From contig CAZUHD010000003.1 in assembly GCA_964620415.1 (NCBI GenBank), positions 1-43,436 on the forward strand: a DNA stretch of 43,436 bases, written 5' to 3'. Shown here one piece after another: positions 8,995 through 18,296 of the stretch. The notes below the pieces were generated by a model that saw nothing but the letters and a program-made list of their open reading frames with translations, made no database searches and was not told the DNA's origin. The position numbers were made by a program, and so were the translations under genes. Position 1 is the stretch's first letter. Each line of letters starts with the position of its first letter. The stretch is from an uncultured Clostridium sp. GTDB taxonomy: Bacteria; Bacillota; Clostridia; TANB77; CAG-508.

Positions 8995-10491
8995 ATGAAA
9001 GGTATATTTTACTGGCTAAAAGATAGTGCAAAAATGAAAAGATGGATAATGTTAATTCTAGTGGGAGTAGTATTTGCTTCATTTGGTATGGCAGAACTTA
9101 TAACTCCTAGTAAGGCAATTACATTTACCTATGCAGCAAAAATAATTGTGTATTTTGTAATAGGATTTACTTGTGTTGTACTTGGAATGGTTTATATTAA
9201 TAAGAGAAATATGGAATTATTTATTGAAGCAACAGATAATAGAATTGAAGGGAAAAAGAAAGTTAATGTTAATTCATTAATATTTGACAAAACAGTATAT
9301 AATCAAGGACCAAAAGTTGTTGTAATAGGAGGAGGAAGTGGTTTAAATACTATATTAGAGGGATTAAAAAAACATACGAGTAATATTACAGCAGTAGTTA
9401 CTATTTCAGATTATGGAGAAAGTTTTGGAAAAAATAGTGAAACGATGTTATATAGACAACTTGAAGATATAAAAAACTCATTTGCAGCTTTAAGAGTCGA
9501 TGATTATAGCGAAATGAAAAAATTGCTAGATTATAAATTTGGCAAAGGAAAGCTAAAAGGTTTAACTTTTTCTGACTTGTATTTTTCTACAATGTGTGAT
9601 CTTTCAGGAAATGTTGTTGAAGCAATAAAAAACTCAAATGATATTTTTAAAATATGTGGAAAAGTTTTACCAATTACAAGAGAGAAAATGACTATTTGTG
9701 CAGAATTAGACAATGGCTATATGATTGATGAAAAAGCTAGAGTACCAGAGATGGTATATAATAATAGTACTAAAATAAATAGAGTATATTTAAGTCCATC
9801 AAATTGTAGCCCTCTTCCAGAAGTGATTAAAGCAATTAGGGAAGCAGATGGAATTATAATAGGACCTGGAAGCCTATATGAAAATGTTATTCCTAATTTA
9901 CTTGTTAAAGGTGTAACAAGAGCAATTAAAGAATCAAAGGCAGTTAAATTATATGTATGTAATATAATGACAGAGCCTGGATTTACAGACGACTTCACGG
10001 TTTCTGATTATTTAAATGTAATAACAGACCATTGTGGAGAAGAATTAATTAATTATTGTTTATATGATACAGGAGAAGTAATGCCTGAATTTATAAAAAA
10101 ATATAACTTAGAAGGTTCTAATCTTGTAATTCAAGATTTATCAAAAGTAAAAGATAAACGTATTAAATTCATAAAGGAAAATATGTCTGTTATAAAAGAT
10201 GGATATATAAGGCATAATGCAATGATTGTTGCAGATACTTTAATTAAAATAATATGTGATGATTTAAAATATCAAGATAAACATAATGAAATAGAGTATA
10301 TGCTAATGGATTCAAAACTTCAAGTAGATAAGCAAATAAAAAAAGAAAATGAGAGAAGAAAAAGACTTTTAAAGTATGGAAAACCTACAGATGATAAAAA
10401 AATTCAAAGCAAATTTGCTATTAAATATAAGGAAAGAATACAGTCTATAAAAGATTCTGATAAAAATAAAAAAATAAAAAGTAAAACATAA
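8995..10491 (+). CDS. YvcK/CofD-family (UPF0052) protein with an N-terminal two-helix membrane anchor and a Lys-rich tail
   Basis: VVVIGGGSGLNTILEGLK...ITAVVTISDYGES...IIIGPGSLYENVIPNLLV...YVCNIMTEPG aligns from memory to B. subtilis YvcK. The usual ADDGGSSG motif is replaced by SDYGESFG. Confidence 0.7.
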   Translation: MKGIFYWLKDSAKMKRWIMLILVGVVFASFGMAELITPSKAITFTYAAKIIVYFVIGFTCVVLGMVYINKRNMELFIEATDNRIEGKKKVNVNSLIFDKTVYNQGPKVVVIGGGSGLNTILEGLKKHTSNITAVVTISDYGESFGKNSETMLYRQLEDIKNSFAALRVDDYSEMKKLLDYKFGKGKLKGLTFSDLYFSTMCDLSGNVVEAIKNSNDIFKICGKVLPITREKMTICAELDNGYMIDEKARVPEMVYNNSTKINRVYLSPSNCSPLPEVIKAIREADGIIIGPGSLYENVIPNLLVKGVTRAIKESKAVKLYVCNIMTEPGFTDDFTVSDYLNVITDHCGEELINYCLYDTGEVMPEFIKKYNLEGSNLVIQDLSKVKDKRIKFIKENMSVIKDGYIRHNAMIVADTLIKIICDDLKYQDKHNEIEYMLMDSKLQVDKQIKKENERRKRLLKYGKPTDDKKIQSKFAIKYKERIQSIKDSDKNKKIKSKT

Positions 10492-10527
10492 AGATAAAAA
10501 GTACTAATGAATATTGGAGGTATACTA

Positions 10528-12570
10528 ATGAAATTTGAAAAAACAGACTTAGAGCTAGATAAAGGTATGCAAAGAGAATGGATTATTACAAATGGAATAG
10601 GAGGGTTTGCTTCATCTACAGTTATTGGAGCGAATACTAGAAAGTATCATGGATTACTTGTAGCACCATTTACTCCACCAGCAAGAAGAATGCTTATTTT
10701 GTCTAAATTAGATGAAAGTATAATTTTGGATGGTCAGAAATATGATTTGTATACAAATATATGTAGAAATTATGTTTCACAGGGATTTAAATATTTGGAG
10801 TCATTTCAAAAAAATATTTTACCTGTATACAAATATAAAGTAAATGATACAGAAATTACAAAAGCTATTTGTATGAAACATGGAGAAAATACGGTTGTAG
10901 TTTATTATAAAATAAGAAATGGAAACAAACGAGCAAAACTTGAATTAGCTCCTATATTAAATTATAGAAACTTCCATGAAATGAGTACGAATCACAATTT
11001 TGAACTTAGTCAAGAAATTAAGAGCGATAAGATAAAATTAGTAATTGATAAAAAAGTAGCACATCCTATTTATATGAAGACATCTGAAGGAAATTATAAA
11101 ATACATACAAATGATATGTTTTATAATATGTTTTATATTGAAGAAGAAAAACGTGGATTTTATCCAGAAGAAAATCATATAGTTTCAGGTGTTTTTGAAA
11201 TAGACATTGAACCTAATGAAGAAAAAGATGTTAGTTTTATTTGTTCTTTAGAAGAAAGTATTGATGAGATAGATGCTAAAAGTTTAATTAATGGCGAGAT
11301 TGTAAGAATTAATAATATATATAATCAGTCTTTTTTAATAGATAATAGCAAAGAGAAAAAAACGAAAGAAGAATTAGCAAAAGATGAATTAGCAAGAACT
11401 TTTTTAACGGCATTAGATAATTTCGTTGTATATAGACCTACTTTTGGTTTGCATACTCTAATTGCAGGATTCCCATGGTTCTTAGATTGGGGAAGAGATG
11501 CTTTAATTTCTTTTGAGGGAGCAGTTTTACTTCCTAAAAGGTATGCTATAGCTAAACAAATTTTGCTTACTTATACAAGAGATATAAAAAAAGGTTTAGT
11601 TCCAAATGGCTATTCTGAGGTAGATAATAGTGCTCTTTATAATAGTGCAGATAGTAGTTTGTTATTATTTGAACAAGTCCAAAAGTATTTAGATTATACT
11701 GAAGATATTGACTTTATAAAAGAAAATATTTATCCAAAATTAAAAAAAATAATTGAAGAATATTCTAATGGAATTGATTTAGATGGAAATAATATTTATT
11801 TAGATGAAGATGGATTAATTTCTTCTGGTACAGAAAATACACAAAATACATGGATGGATGCAAAATATGGCGATTTTGTAGTTACACCAAGATATGGAAA
11901 AGTAGTTGAGATTAATGCTCTTTGGTACAATGCTTTAAAGATAATGGAAAATTTAAGTAAAAAGTGTGAAGGCATAGGAAAAAAACTAATAAGTAAAAAA
12001 TATGGTGATATGGCTGAAACTTGTAAAGAATCTTTTGTAAAGGAATTTTATAATAGTAAAAAGAGATGCTTATATGATGTAATAGGAGATGGCAAAGTAA
12101 GACCAAATCAACTTTTTGCATTAAGTTTAACGAATCCTGTTATAGATCCTAATTCAGAAATTGCAAGTGAAATTATTGATACTGTAGAAAAGAAGTTATT
12201 AAATAATTATGGATTAAAGACTTTAGCTAAAGGCGAAAAGAATTATGTGGATGTATACGAAGGAGATGGATTTAGAAGAGATATGAGCTATCACCAAGGA
12301 ATAACATGGCCGTGGCTTCTTGGACTATATAATGATGCTATAAGAAATATGTATAACTTTGAAACAGACAAGGATAAGAAAAAAGAATTAAAAACTAAAT
12401 TAGATAGTTTTAAGAAGAAAGTAGAAAAGACTTTTACAAAGGAAATAAATGAAGTAGGTTGTATTGGCTCAATTTCAGAACTATATGATTCTAAAAAGCC
12501 AAATTTACCAAAAGGAGCTTTTGCACAATGCTGGAGTGTAGCAGAAGTTTTTAGAATTATTTTTGAATAA
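10528..12570 (+). CDS. Glycogen debranching enzyme (amylo-alpha-1,6-glucosidase, GDE_C type)
   Basis: Start chosen at ATG 10528, 7 nt after GGAGG (the ORF track starts at 10507). Contains WIITNGIGGFAS..TRKYHGLL and GFPWFLDWGRDALISFEG blocks. Confidence 0.8.
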   Translation: MKFEKTDLELDKGMQREWIITNGIGGFASSTVIGANTRKYHGLLVAPFTPPARRMLILSKLDESIILDGQKYDLYTNICRNYVSQGFKYLESFQKNILPVYKYKVNDTEITKAICMKHGENTVVVYYKIRNGNKRAKLELAPILNYRNFHEMSTNHNFELSQEIKSDKIKLVIDKKVAHPIYMKTSEGNYKIHTNDMFYNMFYIEEEKRGFYPEENHIVSGVFEIDIEPNEEKDVSFICSLEESIDEIDAKSLINGEIVRINNIYNQSFLIDNSKEKKTKEELAKDELARTFLTALDNFVVYRPTFGLHTLIAGFPWFLDWGRDALISFEGAVLLPKRYAIAKQILLTYTRDIKKGLVPNGYSEVDNSALYNSADSSLLLFEQVQKYLDYTEDIDFIKENIYPKLKKIIEEYSNGIDLDGNNIYLDEDGLISSGTENTQNTWMDAKYGDFVVTPRYGKVVEINALWYNALKIMENLSKKCEGIGKKLISKKYGDMAETCKESFVKEFYNSKKRCLYDVIGDGKVRPNQLFALSLTNPVIDPNSEIASEIIDTVEKKLLNNYGLKTLAKGEKNYVDVYEGDGFRRDMSYHQGITWPWLLGLYNDAIRNMYNFETDKDKKKELKTKLDSFKKKVEKTFTKEINEVGCIGSISELYDSKKPNLPKGAFAQCWSVAEVFRIIFE

Positions 12571-12587
12571 AAACAGGAGGATTTTAC

Positions 12588-13613
12588 TTGAAAGTAGAGG
12601 AATTGGAAAAGAAACTAAATAGTGGCATTATAGATACGATTTATTTATTATATGGAGAAGAACGTTTTTTGCTTGAAAGTGCTTTAAAAAAAATAATTAA
12701 ATTATTTGGTGAAACATTAAAAGGTGTTAATTTTGTGAATTTAGATGAAACTAATGTGACAGAATTAATTCCAAATATTGAAACTCCTGCTTTTGGATTT
12801 GATAAAAAACTTATTGTTGTTAAAAATTCAGGATTATTTAAAAAAGAAACAAAAAAGAAAAGTAAGAAAGATGATAAAGATATTAATGACAAGATTTTAA
12901 ATTATTTAAATGATAATTTTAGTTTTATAAAAGATTATGTGGTTGTTGTGTTTGTGGAAGAAGATGCTGATAAATCCTCTGAACTTTTCAAGTTTATAGA
13001 TGTAAATGGAATTGTTTGTAATTTTGAATTTCAAAAGGCAAGTGAGATTATGACAAGATTAAAGGCTATTGTAAAAGCTTATAATGTGAATATTGATAAT
13101 TTTACTTTGAGTTATTTTATAGAGTGTTGTGGTACTTCTATGCAAGATTTAATTAATGAAATTAGAAAATTAATTGAATATGCAGGAAATGGTGGAACTA
13201 TAACTAAAGACGATATAGATCATCTTTCAATAAAAAAGATGGAAAGTGTAATTTTTGATTTAACAGATAGTTTAGGTAAGAAAAATACAAAACAAGCTAT
13301 TGAGGTTTACAGAAATTTGGTTCTCGCAAAAGAGCCTGTTCAAAAGATTTTGGTTACTTTATATAATCATTTTAGGAAATTATATATTGTAAAACTAGCT
13401 GTGAAATGGAATAAGGATATTGCTTCAAGCTTAGATTTAAAGGCTAATCAGATGTTTTTAGTTAATAAATATAAAATGCAAGCTGGATATTTTAAAGAAG
13501 ATGAAATTAGAACAATTTTAAGCAAACTAAGTGAGCTTGATTATAAATATAAAATTGGTTTAATTGATTTAGATATAGGTTTTGAATCAATTTTATGCAC
13601 ATATTGTAGTTAA
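12588..13613 (+). CDS. holA: DNA polymerase III delta subunit
   Basis: TTG start after AGGAGG. 341 aa with an N-terminal YLLYGEERFLLE block and the length typical of HolA. Confidence 0.75.
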   Translation: MKVEELEKKLNSGIIDTIYLLYGEERFLLESALKKIIKLFGETLKGVNFVNLDETNVTELIPNIETPAFGFDKKLIVVKNSGLFKKETKKKSKKDDKDINDKILNYLNDNFSFIKDYVVVVFVEEDADKSSELFKFIDVNGIVCNFEFQKASEIMTRLKAIVKAYNVNIDNFTLSYFIECCGTSMQDLINEIRKLIEYAGNGGTITKDDIDHLSIKKMESVIFDLTDSLGKKNTKQAIEVYRNLVLAKEPVQKILVTLYNHFRKLYIVKLAVKWNKDIASSLDLKANQMFLVNKYKMQAGYFKEDEIRTILSKLSELDYKYKIGLIDLDIGFESILCTYCS

Positions 13614-13642
13614 AGAGATATTAATACATATCTCTTTTTCTA
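13612..13642 (+). terminator. Rho-independent terminator after holA
   Basis: AAAGAGATA (13612-13620) pairs with TATCTCTTT (13629-13637), followed by TTC. Confidence 0.55.
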
Positions 13643-13717
13643 GTTATAAATTATGTATAAAAAACCTTTTTTGGATAAAACTATAATTATAATATTATAT
13701 TAGAAAGAGGTTTTTTA

Positions 13718-14422
13718 ATGATAAGAAAAATTTTGAAACATAAATTATTAATTTTTATGAGTTTGGTAGGGTTAATTACAATTATTACAGTGGTAGGATT
13801 TTCTAGAAATAATGTTTCTCAAGCTTTATCTAAATATGGATCTAACAGTAATGAAGTAAAACAAATACAAGAAAAATTAAAAAGATGGGGTTATTATAAT
13901 GGCTCTGTAGATGGTGTTTATGGAAGCAAAACTCTTGCTGCTGTAAAGTCTTTTCAAAAGAAAAATGGATTAACAGCTGATGGAATTGCAGGAGAGAAAA
14001 CACTTGCTGCTATGGGAATTACAAGCTCTGGTTCCACTTCTTCATCAAATAGTAATTCATCTGGTAGTAATTCTAATAATGTAAATCTTTTAGCAAGGTT
14101 GATTTATGGAGAAGCAAGAGGGGAAAGCTATACAGGGCAAGTTGCAGTTGGTGCAGTTGTTATGAATAGAGTAAAAAGTAGTTCTTTTCCAAATACTATT
14201 GCAGGAGTGATTTACCAATCTGGTTCTTTTGATGCTGTTTCTGATGGACAAGTTAATATGAATCCTGATAACACAGCAAAAAGTGCTGCAAGAGATGCTT
14301 TAAATGGATGGGATCCATCTTATGGAGCAATTTATTACTTTAATCCTGCTACTGCAACTAATAAATGGATTTGGTCTAGACCTATGACAGTTACAATTGG
14401 TAAACATAGATTTTGTAAATAA
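13718..14422 (+). CDS. sleB: SleB-type spore cortex-lytic enzyme (PG_binding_1 plus CwlJ/SleB hydrolase domain)
   Basis: Signal/TM segment. Peptidoglycan-binding repeat (VKQIQEKLKRWGYYNGSVDGVYGSKTLAAVKSFQKKNGLTADGIAG). Hydrolase_2 block (LLARLIYGEARGES..VAVGAVVMNRV). Confidence 0.8.
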   Translation: MIRKILKHKLLIFMSLVGLITIITVVGFSRNNVSQALSKYGSNSNEVKQIQEKLKRWGYYNGSVDGVYGSKTLAAVKSFQKKNGLTADGIAGEKTLAAMGITSSGSTSSSNSNSSGSNSNNVNLLARLIYGEARGESYTGQVAVGAVVMNRVKSSSFPNTIAGVIYQSGSFDAVSDGQVNMNPDNTAKSAARDALNGWDPSYGAIYYFNPATATNKWIWSRPMTVTIGKHRFCK

Positions 14423-14430
14423 TTAACTTG

Positions 14431-14462
14431 CACTAATACGGAATATGTATTAGTGTATTTTT
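14431..14462 (+). terminator. Rho-independent terminator of sleB
   Basis: CACTAATAC (14431-14439) pairs with GTATTAGTG (14447-14455), then TATTTTT. Confidence 0.7.
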
Positions 14463-14600
14463 GTGTGCTCAGCATGGGCAACAACTTGTGGGTGAAAGTC
14501 CTATACAGTGCCTGATAGTGGTGAGCTGTTAGCGAACGGCAAGGGTTTTGGGTTAAGTGTAAAAGTAAGTTCCAGTTTGAAATCCAAGATTAAATGCCAG
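14463..14600 (+). mobile_element. 5' remnant (domain I part only) of a group IIC intron inserted right after the sleB terminator
   Basis: Starts with GTGTG. GUGUGCUCAGCAUGGGCAAC..GGGUGAAAGUCC..CUGUUAGCGAACGGCAAGGGU closely parallels, from memory, the 5' end of the Oceanobacillus iheyensis IIC intron (GUGUGCCCGGCAUGGGUGCAG..GGGUGAGAGUCC..GUUAGCCUAACGCAAGGGU). No domain V/VI and no RT ORF follow. Confidence 0.65.
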
Positions 14601-14636
14601 TTTTAGAACAAATCTGGCATTTACTTTTAAAATTTT
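14592..14636 (+). terminator. Hairpin plus T-rich tail at the end of the intron remnant
   Basis: AAATGCCAG (14592-14600) pairs with CTGGCATTT (14614-14622), then ACTTTTAAAATTTT. Confidence 0.4.
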
Positions 14637-14671
14637 CGTTTAAATTTTTTTTTGCCTTTTTTCTTAAAATA

Positions 14672-14700
14672 ATTGCAAGAAGAGAATTTTTTTGGTATAA
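14672..14700 (+). promoter_or_regulatory. Sigma-A promoter of the stand-alone tRNA-Gln gene
   Basis: TTGCAA (14672-14677), 17-nt spacer, TATAAT (14695-14700) preceded by TGG. The tRNA starts 14 nt downstream. Confidence 0.65.
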
Positions 14701-14713
14701 TGTAAAAGTAAAT

Positions 14714-14788
14714 TGGGGTATCGCCAAGCGGTAAGGCATCGGACTCTGACTCCGACATTCCTGTGTTCGAATCACAGTACCCCAGCCA
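14714..14788 (+). tRNA. tRNA-Gln, anticodon CUG, with encoded CCA
   Basis: Cloverleaf: acceptor TGGGGTA/TACCCCA, anticodon stem TCGGA/TCCGA with 7-nt loop CTCTGAC, T arm CTGTG-TTCGAAT-CACAG, then G-CCA. Very similar to E. coli tRNA-Gln. Confidence 0.9.
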
Positions 14789-14797
14789 AACTTTAAT

Positions 14798-14845
14798 CTG
14801 TAAATGTAAGTACATTTGATAGTACATTTGCAGATTTATTTTTTG
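14798..14845 (+). terminator. Terminator after tRNA-Gln
   Basis: CTGTAAATGTA (14798-14808) pairs with TACATTTGCAG (14823-14833, one G-T pair), then ATTTATTTTTT. Confidence 0.55.
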
Positions 14846-14875
14846 TATTTTTTTCTAAATGAGTATAAATATTAG

Positions 14876-14906
14876 CAAAAAATGAGATATGTGGTCAACA
14901 TATCTC
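14876..14906 (-). terminator. Minus-strand terminator downstream of the RHH gene
   Basis: AGATATGT/ACATATCT hairpin. On the minus strand it is followed by ATTTTTTG. Confidence 0.45.
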
Positions 14907-15074
14907 TGTGAACAATCAAGCACATCGATTTATTCTCTTGCTTAAGCTAAATATAGTATACTGCATTTTTTATGATATTTTAAATTTTTTAAAAATATTC
15001 ATAAAAATTGAATACACATAAAAAACAACACATTTATAATATAAAATTTGTCAAATAAAAATTTTTTCTTTTTG

Positions 15075-15263
15075 TTATTTCATATGTTTTAAAGCAAATT
15101 CACAAGCTGAAACAACAAATCCATTGAAAGAATATTCTTTTTTATCTAGTCCTTTGTTAGCTTTTTCAACAATATCAATTATTTGTGAATTCATTTCAAC
15201 GGGAAATCTTATACTTTTATAGATATTGGCTTCGGCAGACTTTTTCATTACAAACTTTTCCAT
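15075..15263 (-). CDS. Small putative ribbon-helix-helix/Arc-type DNA-binding protein (62 aa)
   Basis: Start chosen at MEKFVMKK (ATG 15263-15261), 7 nt after AAGAGG. The KSIRFPVEMNSQI beta-strand-like segment followed by two helices fits an RHH fold. Confidence 0.4.
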   Translation of the reverse strand: MEKFVMKKSAEANIYKSIRFPVEMNSQIIDIVEKANKGLDKKEYSFNGFVVSACEFALKHMK

Positions 15264-15534
15264 AGCATAACCTCTTTTCATAGTATTTTATTTACTATTG
15301 AAATTATACTTAAAATATGATATATAAAATATAACTGAATATCAGTTATAAAAATGAGTCGATAACAAAATGTTGAGTGAATATTTTTTTATCTTGTGAA
15401 ATTGTCTGAAGCAGAAAGAAAACGACAAATCTTAATAATGGTAGGCTTTCGGCATGCATTTCTACTTGTAGGATTTAAAGAATATAAAATAGGAAGAAAA
15501 AGAAAAACAAAAACCAAAAGTAAAAATGTTTATA

Positions 15535-15563
15535 TTGAAAAAAAGATAAATTTTTGCTATTAT
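15535..15563 (+). promoter_or_regulatory. Candidate sigma-A promoter for the VanZ gene pair
   Basis: TTGAAA (15535-15540), 17-nt spacer, TATTAT (15558-15563). Confidence 0.4.
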
Positions 15564-15596
15564 TTAGCTAGATAAATATAAGGTGGGAGATTAAAA

Positions 15597-16286
15597 GTGA
15601 GAAGAATAATTAATGGTATTATTATAGGTATTAGTATTATATTAATAGGATCTGTAATGATATTTAGTTTATTACCTAATACTGTGTTAAATATAGTTGT
15701 AACTCTAGGTGGATTTGCAATACCAATATTTTTAATTATTATTACAATGATTGTAGAAGCAAAGAAATCAAAGAATATACAAAAAAAGAATCAAATTAGA
15801 AATTTTTGGCTAAAAATTTTATTTATAATAGATTTGTTACTTTTAATCACAGTATTATTTTTGAATAGTGAATATAGAAGAACAGGAGGTTTTGAAAATA
15901 TTAATATATTCTCAAAGGAACATTTTGAAACATGTAATATTATTCCATTTGCTACTATAATAAATTATATTAGTCGTTTGCTATCTAGTGATATTAAAGC
16001 AAGCATAGTAATAATTAATTTGGCTACTAATTTACTTTTATTTGCTCCAATGGGATTCTTTATTCCAATTTTATTTGAAAACAGAATAAAAAATATAAAG
16101 CAATTTGGAATAATGATAATTATAATTACAATATTTGTTGAAATATTGCAATTTATAACTTATAGTGGTGGAGCGGATGTTGATGATATTATATTAAATA
16201 CAATAGGTGCAATTATTGTGTATATGCTAATGAAAACAAAATTTGTAAAGAATTTGCTGAAAAAAATGATTGATATACCAGAATAA
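15597..16286 (+). CDS. VanZ-family membrane protein
   Basis: GTG start after GGTGGGAG. Multi-pass protein with NIIPF..., NLLLFAPMGFFIP and DVDDIILNTIGA blocks typical of VanZ-like proteins. Confidence 0.7.
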   Translation: MRRIINGIIIGISIILIGSVMIFSLLPNTVLNIVVTLGGFAIPIFLIIITMIVEAKKSKNIQKKNQIRNFWLKILFIIDLLLLITVLFLNSEYRRTGGFENINIFSKEHFETCNIIPFATIINYISRLLSSDIKASIVIINLATNLLLFAPMGFFIPILFENRIKNIKQFGIMIIIITIFVEILQFITYSGGADVDDIILNTIGAIIVYMLMKTKFVKNLLKKMIDIPE

Positions 16287-16335
16287 CAAATTTTGTAGTT
16301 TGAAAGATATATAGTAAATTGTCAAGGAGGAAGAA

Positions 16336-17763
16336 ATGAACATATATGAAATTGCTCATTTATTAAAAAGATATACAATTTTTGCCTTTTTTATAGTTGT
16401 CTTTTGCTTATTGTTTTTTTGTATTATTAACAAATTTGTTTACAAAAAGGAAATCAAGGCTAAGAAACTCATAATACCAACTATATTTTTATTTTATATA
16501 GTAATATTATTATGTGCTACATTTGCAGGGAGAAGTTCAAATTATAAAACAACATTTAATTGGAATTTGTTTAGCTCATATAAAGAAGCCTATATTACAG
16601 GAGAGAAATCTGCTTGGTTAAATTTAATACTAAATATACTGATATTTATACCAATGGGATTTTTGCTTCCATTATTAAGCAAAAAATTAAATAAATGGTA
16701 TAAAGTAGTTAGCGTTGGTTTCATAATTACACTAATAATTGAATTTACCCAATTATTAAGGCATGTAGGAATATTTGAAATAGATGATATATTTAATAAT
16801 ACACTTGGAACAATAATTGGATTTTTCATTATAAAGATATTTTTTATTATTATAAATAAAGGAGAAAGGAAAAAGATATTAAAGTGTGTTTTATGTTGCA
16901 TGCCATTAGTTTTAACTATCTTATTTTTTACGATAATTTTTACGAAATATAATTCACAAAAATATGGAAATTTAGATATATTATTATATACAAAAACTAA
17001 TATGAAAGACGTAACAGTAGAAGGAGATATTTCTTTCAATGTGGAGGAACGATATTTACCAGTATATAGTGCAAAAACATATTCTAAGCAAGAAGCAAGA
17101 CAAAATGCTGATGAAATAATGAAAAAAATGAATTTAGAGATAGTACGAGCAATTAATCTTGATACATTTTCTATTTTTCACACTGAAAGCGGAATAGATA
17201 TGCGATACTACTATAAAGGTGGAACATATACAATTGATAATACCAATATAAGTGATGATACCTTGAAAGAAAATAGTGTTAGCAACACAGGGATTGCAGT
17301 ACAGCAGAAACAATCTAATGCTGTGACTGAAAAAGATATAGTAATAAGAAAATTAGAAGAATTAGGAATAGAAATGAATTATGATTATATATATACTTTT
17401 GAAAATGGTTATCATATATTTACTGCTGATATGTATGATAATAAGGAATATGTAACTGATGGAAATCTTACAATTCGTTTGAATGAAAATGGAGGATATG
17501 AAATTAATAATAATATAATAAACTATTATAAAATAGATAATTGTAAAATTATTTCAGAAAATCAGGCATATCAAATATTGCTAAGTGGAAAATATAAATC
17601 CACATTTAATGAAAAAATAAAGAAGATAAAGATAAACTCAATAGAAATAGATTATATGCTTGACAGCAAAAATTATTATCAACCAGTTTATAAATTTAAA
17701 GTTTTCTTTAATGATATGGAAAATGATGAAAACATTTATATACCAGCAATTATAGTAAAATAA
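16336..17763 (+). CDS. VanZ-like membrane domain fused to a ~270-aa extracytoplasmic C-terminal domain of unknown function
   Basis: RBS AAGGAGG. The N-terminal half has NILIFIPMGFLLP and EIDDIFNNTLGT VanZ blocks. The C-terminal half is soluble-looking with no recognised family. Confidence 0.65.
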   Translation: MNIYEIAHLLKRYTIFAFFIVVFCLLFFCIINKFVYKKEIKAKKLIIPTIFLFYIVILLCATFAGRSSNYKTTFNWNLFSSYKEAYITGEKSAWLNLILNILIFIPMGFLLPLLSKKLNKWYKVVSVGFIITLIIEFTQLLRHVGIFEIDDIFNNTLGTIIGFFIIKIFFIIINKGERKKILKCVLCCMPLVLTILFFTIIFTKYNSQKYGNLDILLYTKTNMKDVTVEGDISFNVEERYLPVYSAKTYSKQEARQNADEIMKKMNLEIVRAINLDTFSIFHTESGIDMRYYYKGGTYTIDNTNISDDTLKENSVSNTGIAVQQKQSNAVTEKDIVIRKLEELGIEMNYDYIYTFENGYHIFTADMYDNKEYVTDGNLTIRLNENGGYEINNNIINYYKIDNCKIISENQAYQILLSGKYKSTFNEKIKKIKINSIEIDYMLDSKNYYQPVYKFKVFFNDMENDENIYIPAIIVK

Positions 17764-17812
17764 TATAATATGAATAAGTAGAGAGAATATAGTAGATAGT
17801 GTACCAAATAAA

Positions 17813-17853
17813 GTGTATAAGTTTTGGTATCTTTAACTTACACACCTTATTTT
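17813..17853 (+). terminator. Terminator after the VanZ pair
   Basis: GTGTATAAGTT (17813-17823) pairs with AACTTACACAC (17835-17845, one mismatch), then CTTATTTT. Confidence 0.45.
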
Positions 17854-18020
17854 GCACTATCAATATAATATATACTAAATTTTTTATCAGCAGGACTTAT
17901 TGTTCCTAAATGATTTAAATTTCTTTCTAAAACTTTATAAAAAGAGTACTTTAAGTACTTTGTAATAATTTATATTTATATTTTAATTGTTTAAAGGTTA
18001 ACAAACTTAAAAAATATTGA

Positions 18021-18296
18021 GCTAGATATTACTTTAGATTAAGAAAAATTTTAGATGATAATCATGAATATGGAAATAAATTTATAGATGAAGTTGCAAA
18101 AAACTTAAAAATAGATTTTACAAATTCAATATCAGTAAGAAACTTAAAATATATGAAAAAATTTTATCTTGAATATAATAACGACAAAGAAATGCAACAA
18201 CTTGTTGCACAAATTCCTTTGGGGACACAATATTGTTGTTATGGAAAAAATAAAAGATAGAAAAATAAGGAAAATTTATGTTTTTTTAACAATATG
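18021..18296 (+). pseudogene. Remnant of a DUF1016 (YhcG-like PDDEXK nuclease) gene, N-terminal part only, frameshifted
   Basis: Translation ..RKILDDNHEYGNKFIDEVAKNLKIDFTNSISVRNLKYMKKFYLEY..QQLVAQIP. A 1-nt T insertion then breaks PWGHNIVVMEKIKDRKIRKIY and the ORF ends. This break is not at a CGG. Confidence 0.55.

Noticed and set aside
14463-14600. A complete or ORF-less functional group II intron, or a cobalamin/RNase P-like RNA (because of GGUGAAAGUCC)
   Set aside because: Only domain I-like 5' sequence is present. I found no domain V/VI and no RT ORF. The overall block order matches IIC introns rather than riboswitch or RNase P cores.
14714-14788. tRNA-Gln as a possible special decoder of CGG or CGGA
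   Set aside because: The anticodon loop is a standard 7 nt with anticodon CUG (reads CAG). Nothing suggests quadruplet or CGG reading.
14590-14827. Minus-strand ORFs 14590-14775 and 14627-14827
   Set aside because: They overlap the tRNA-Gln gene and its promoter, so they are spurious.
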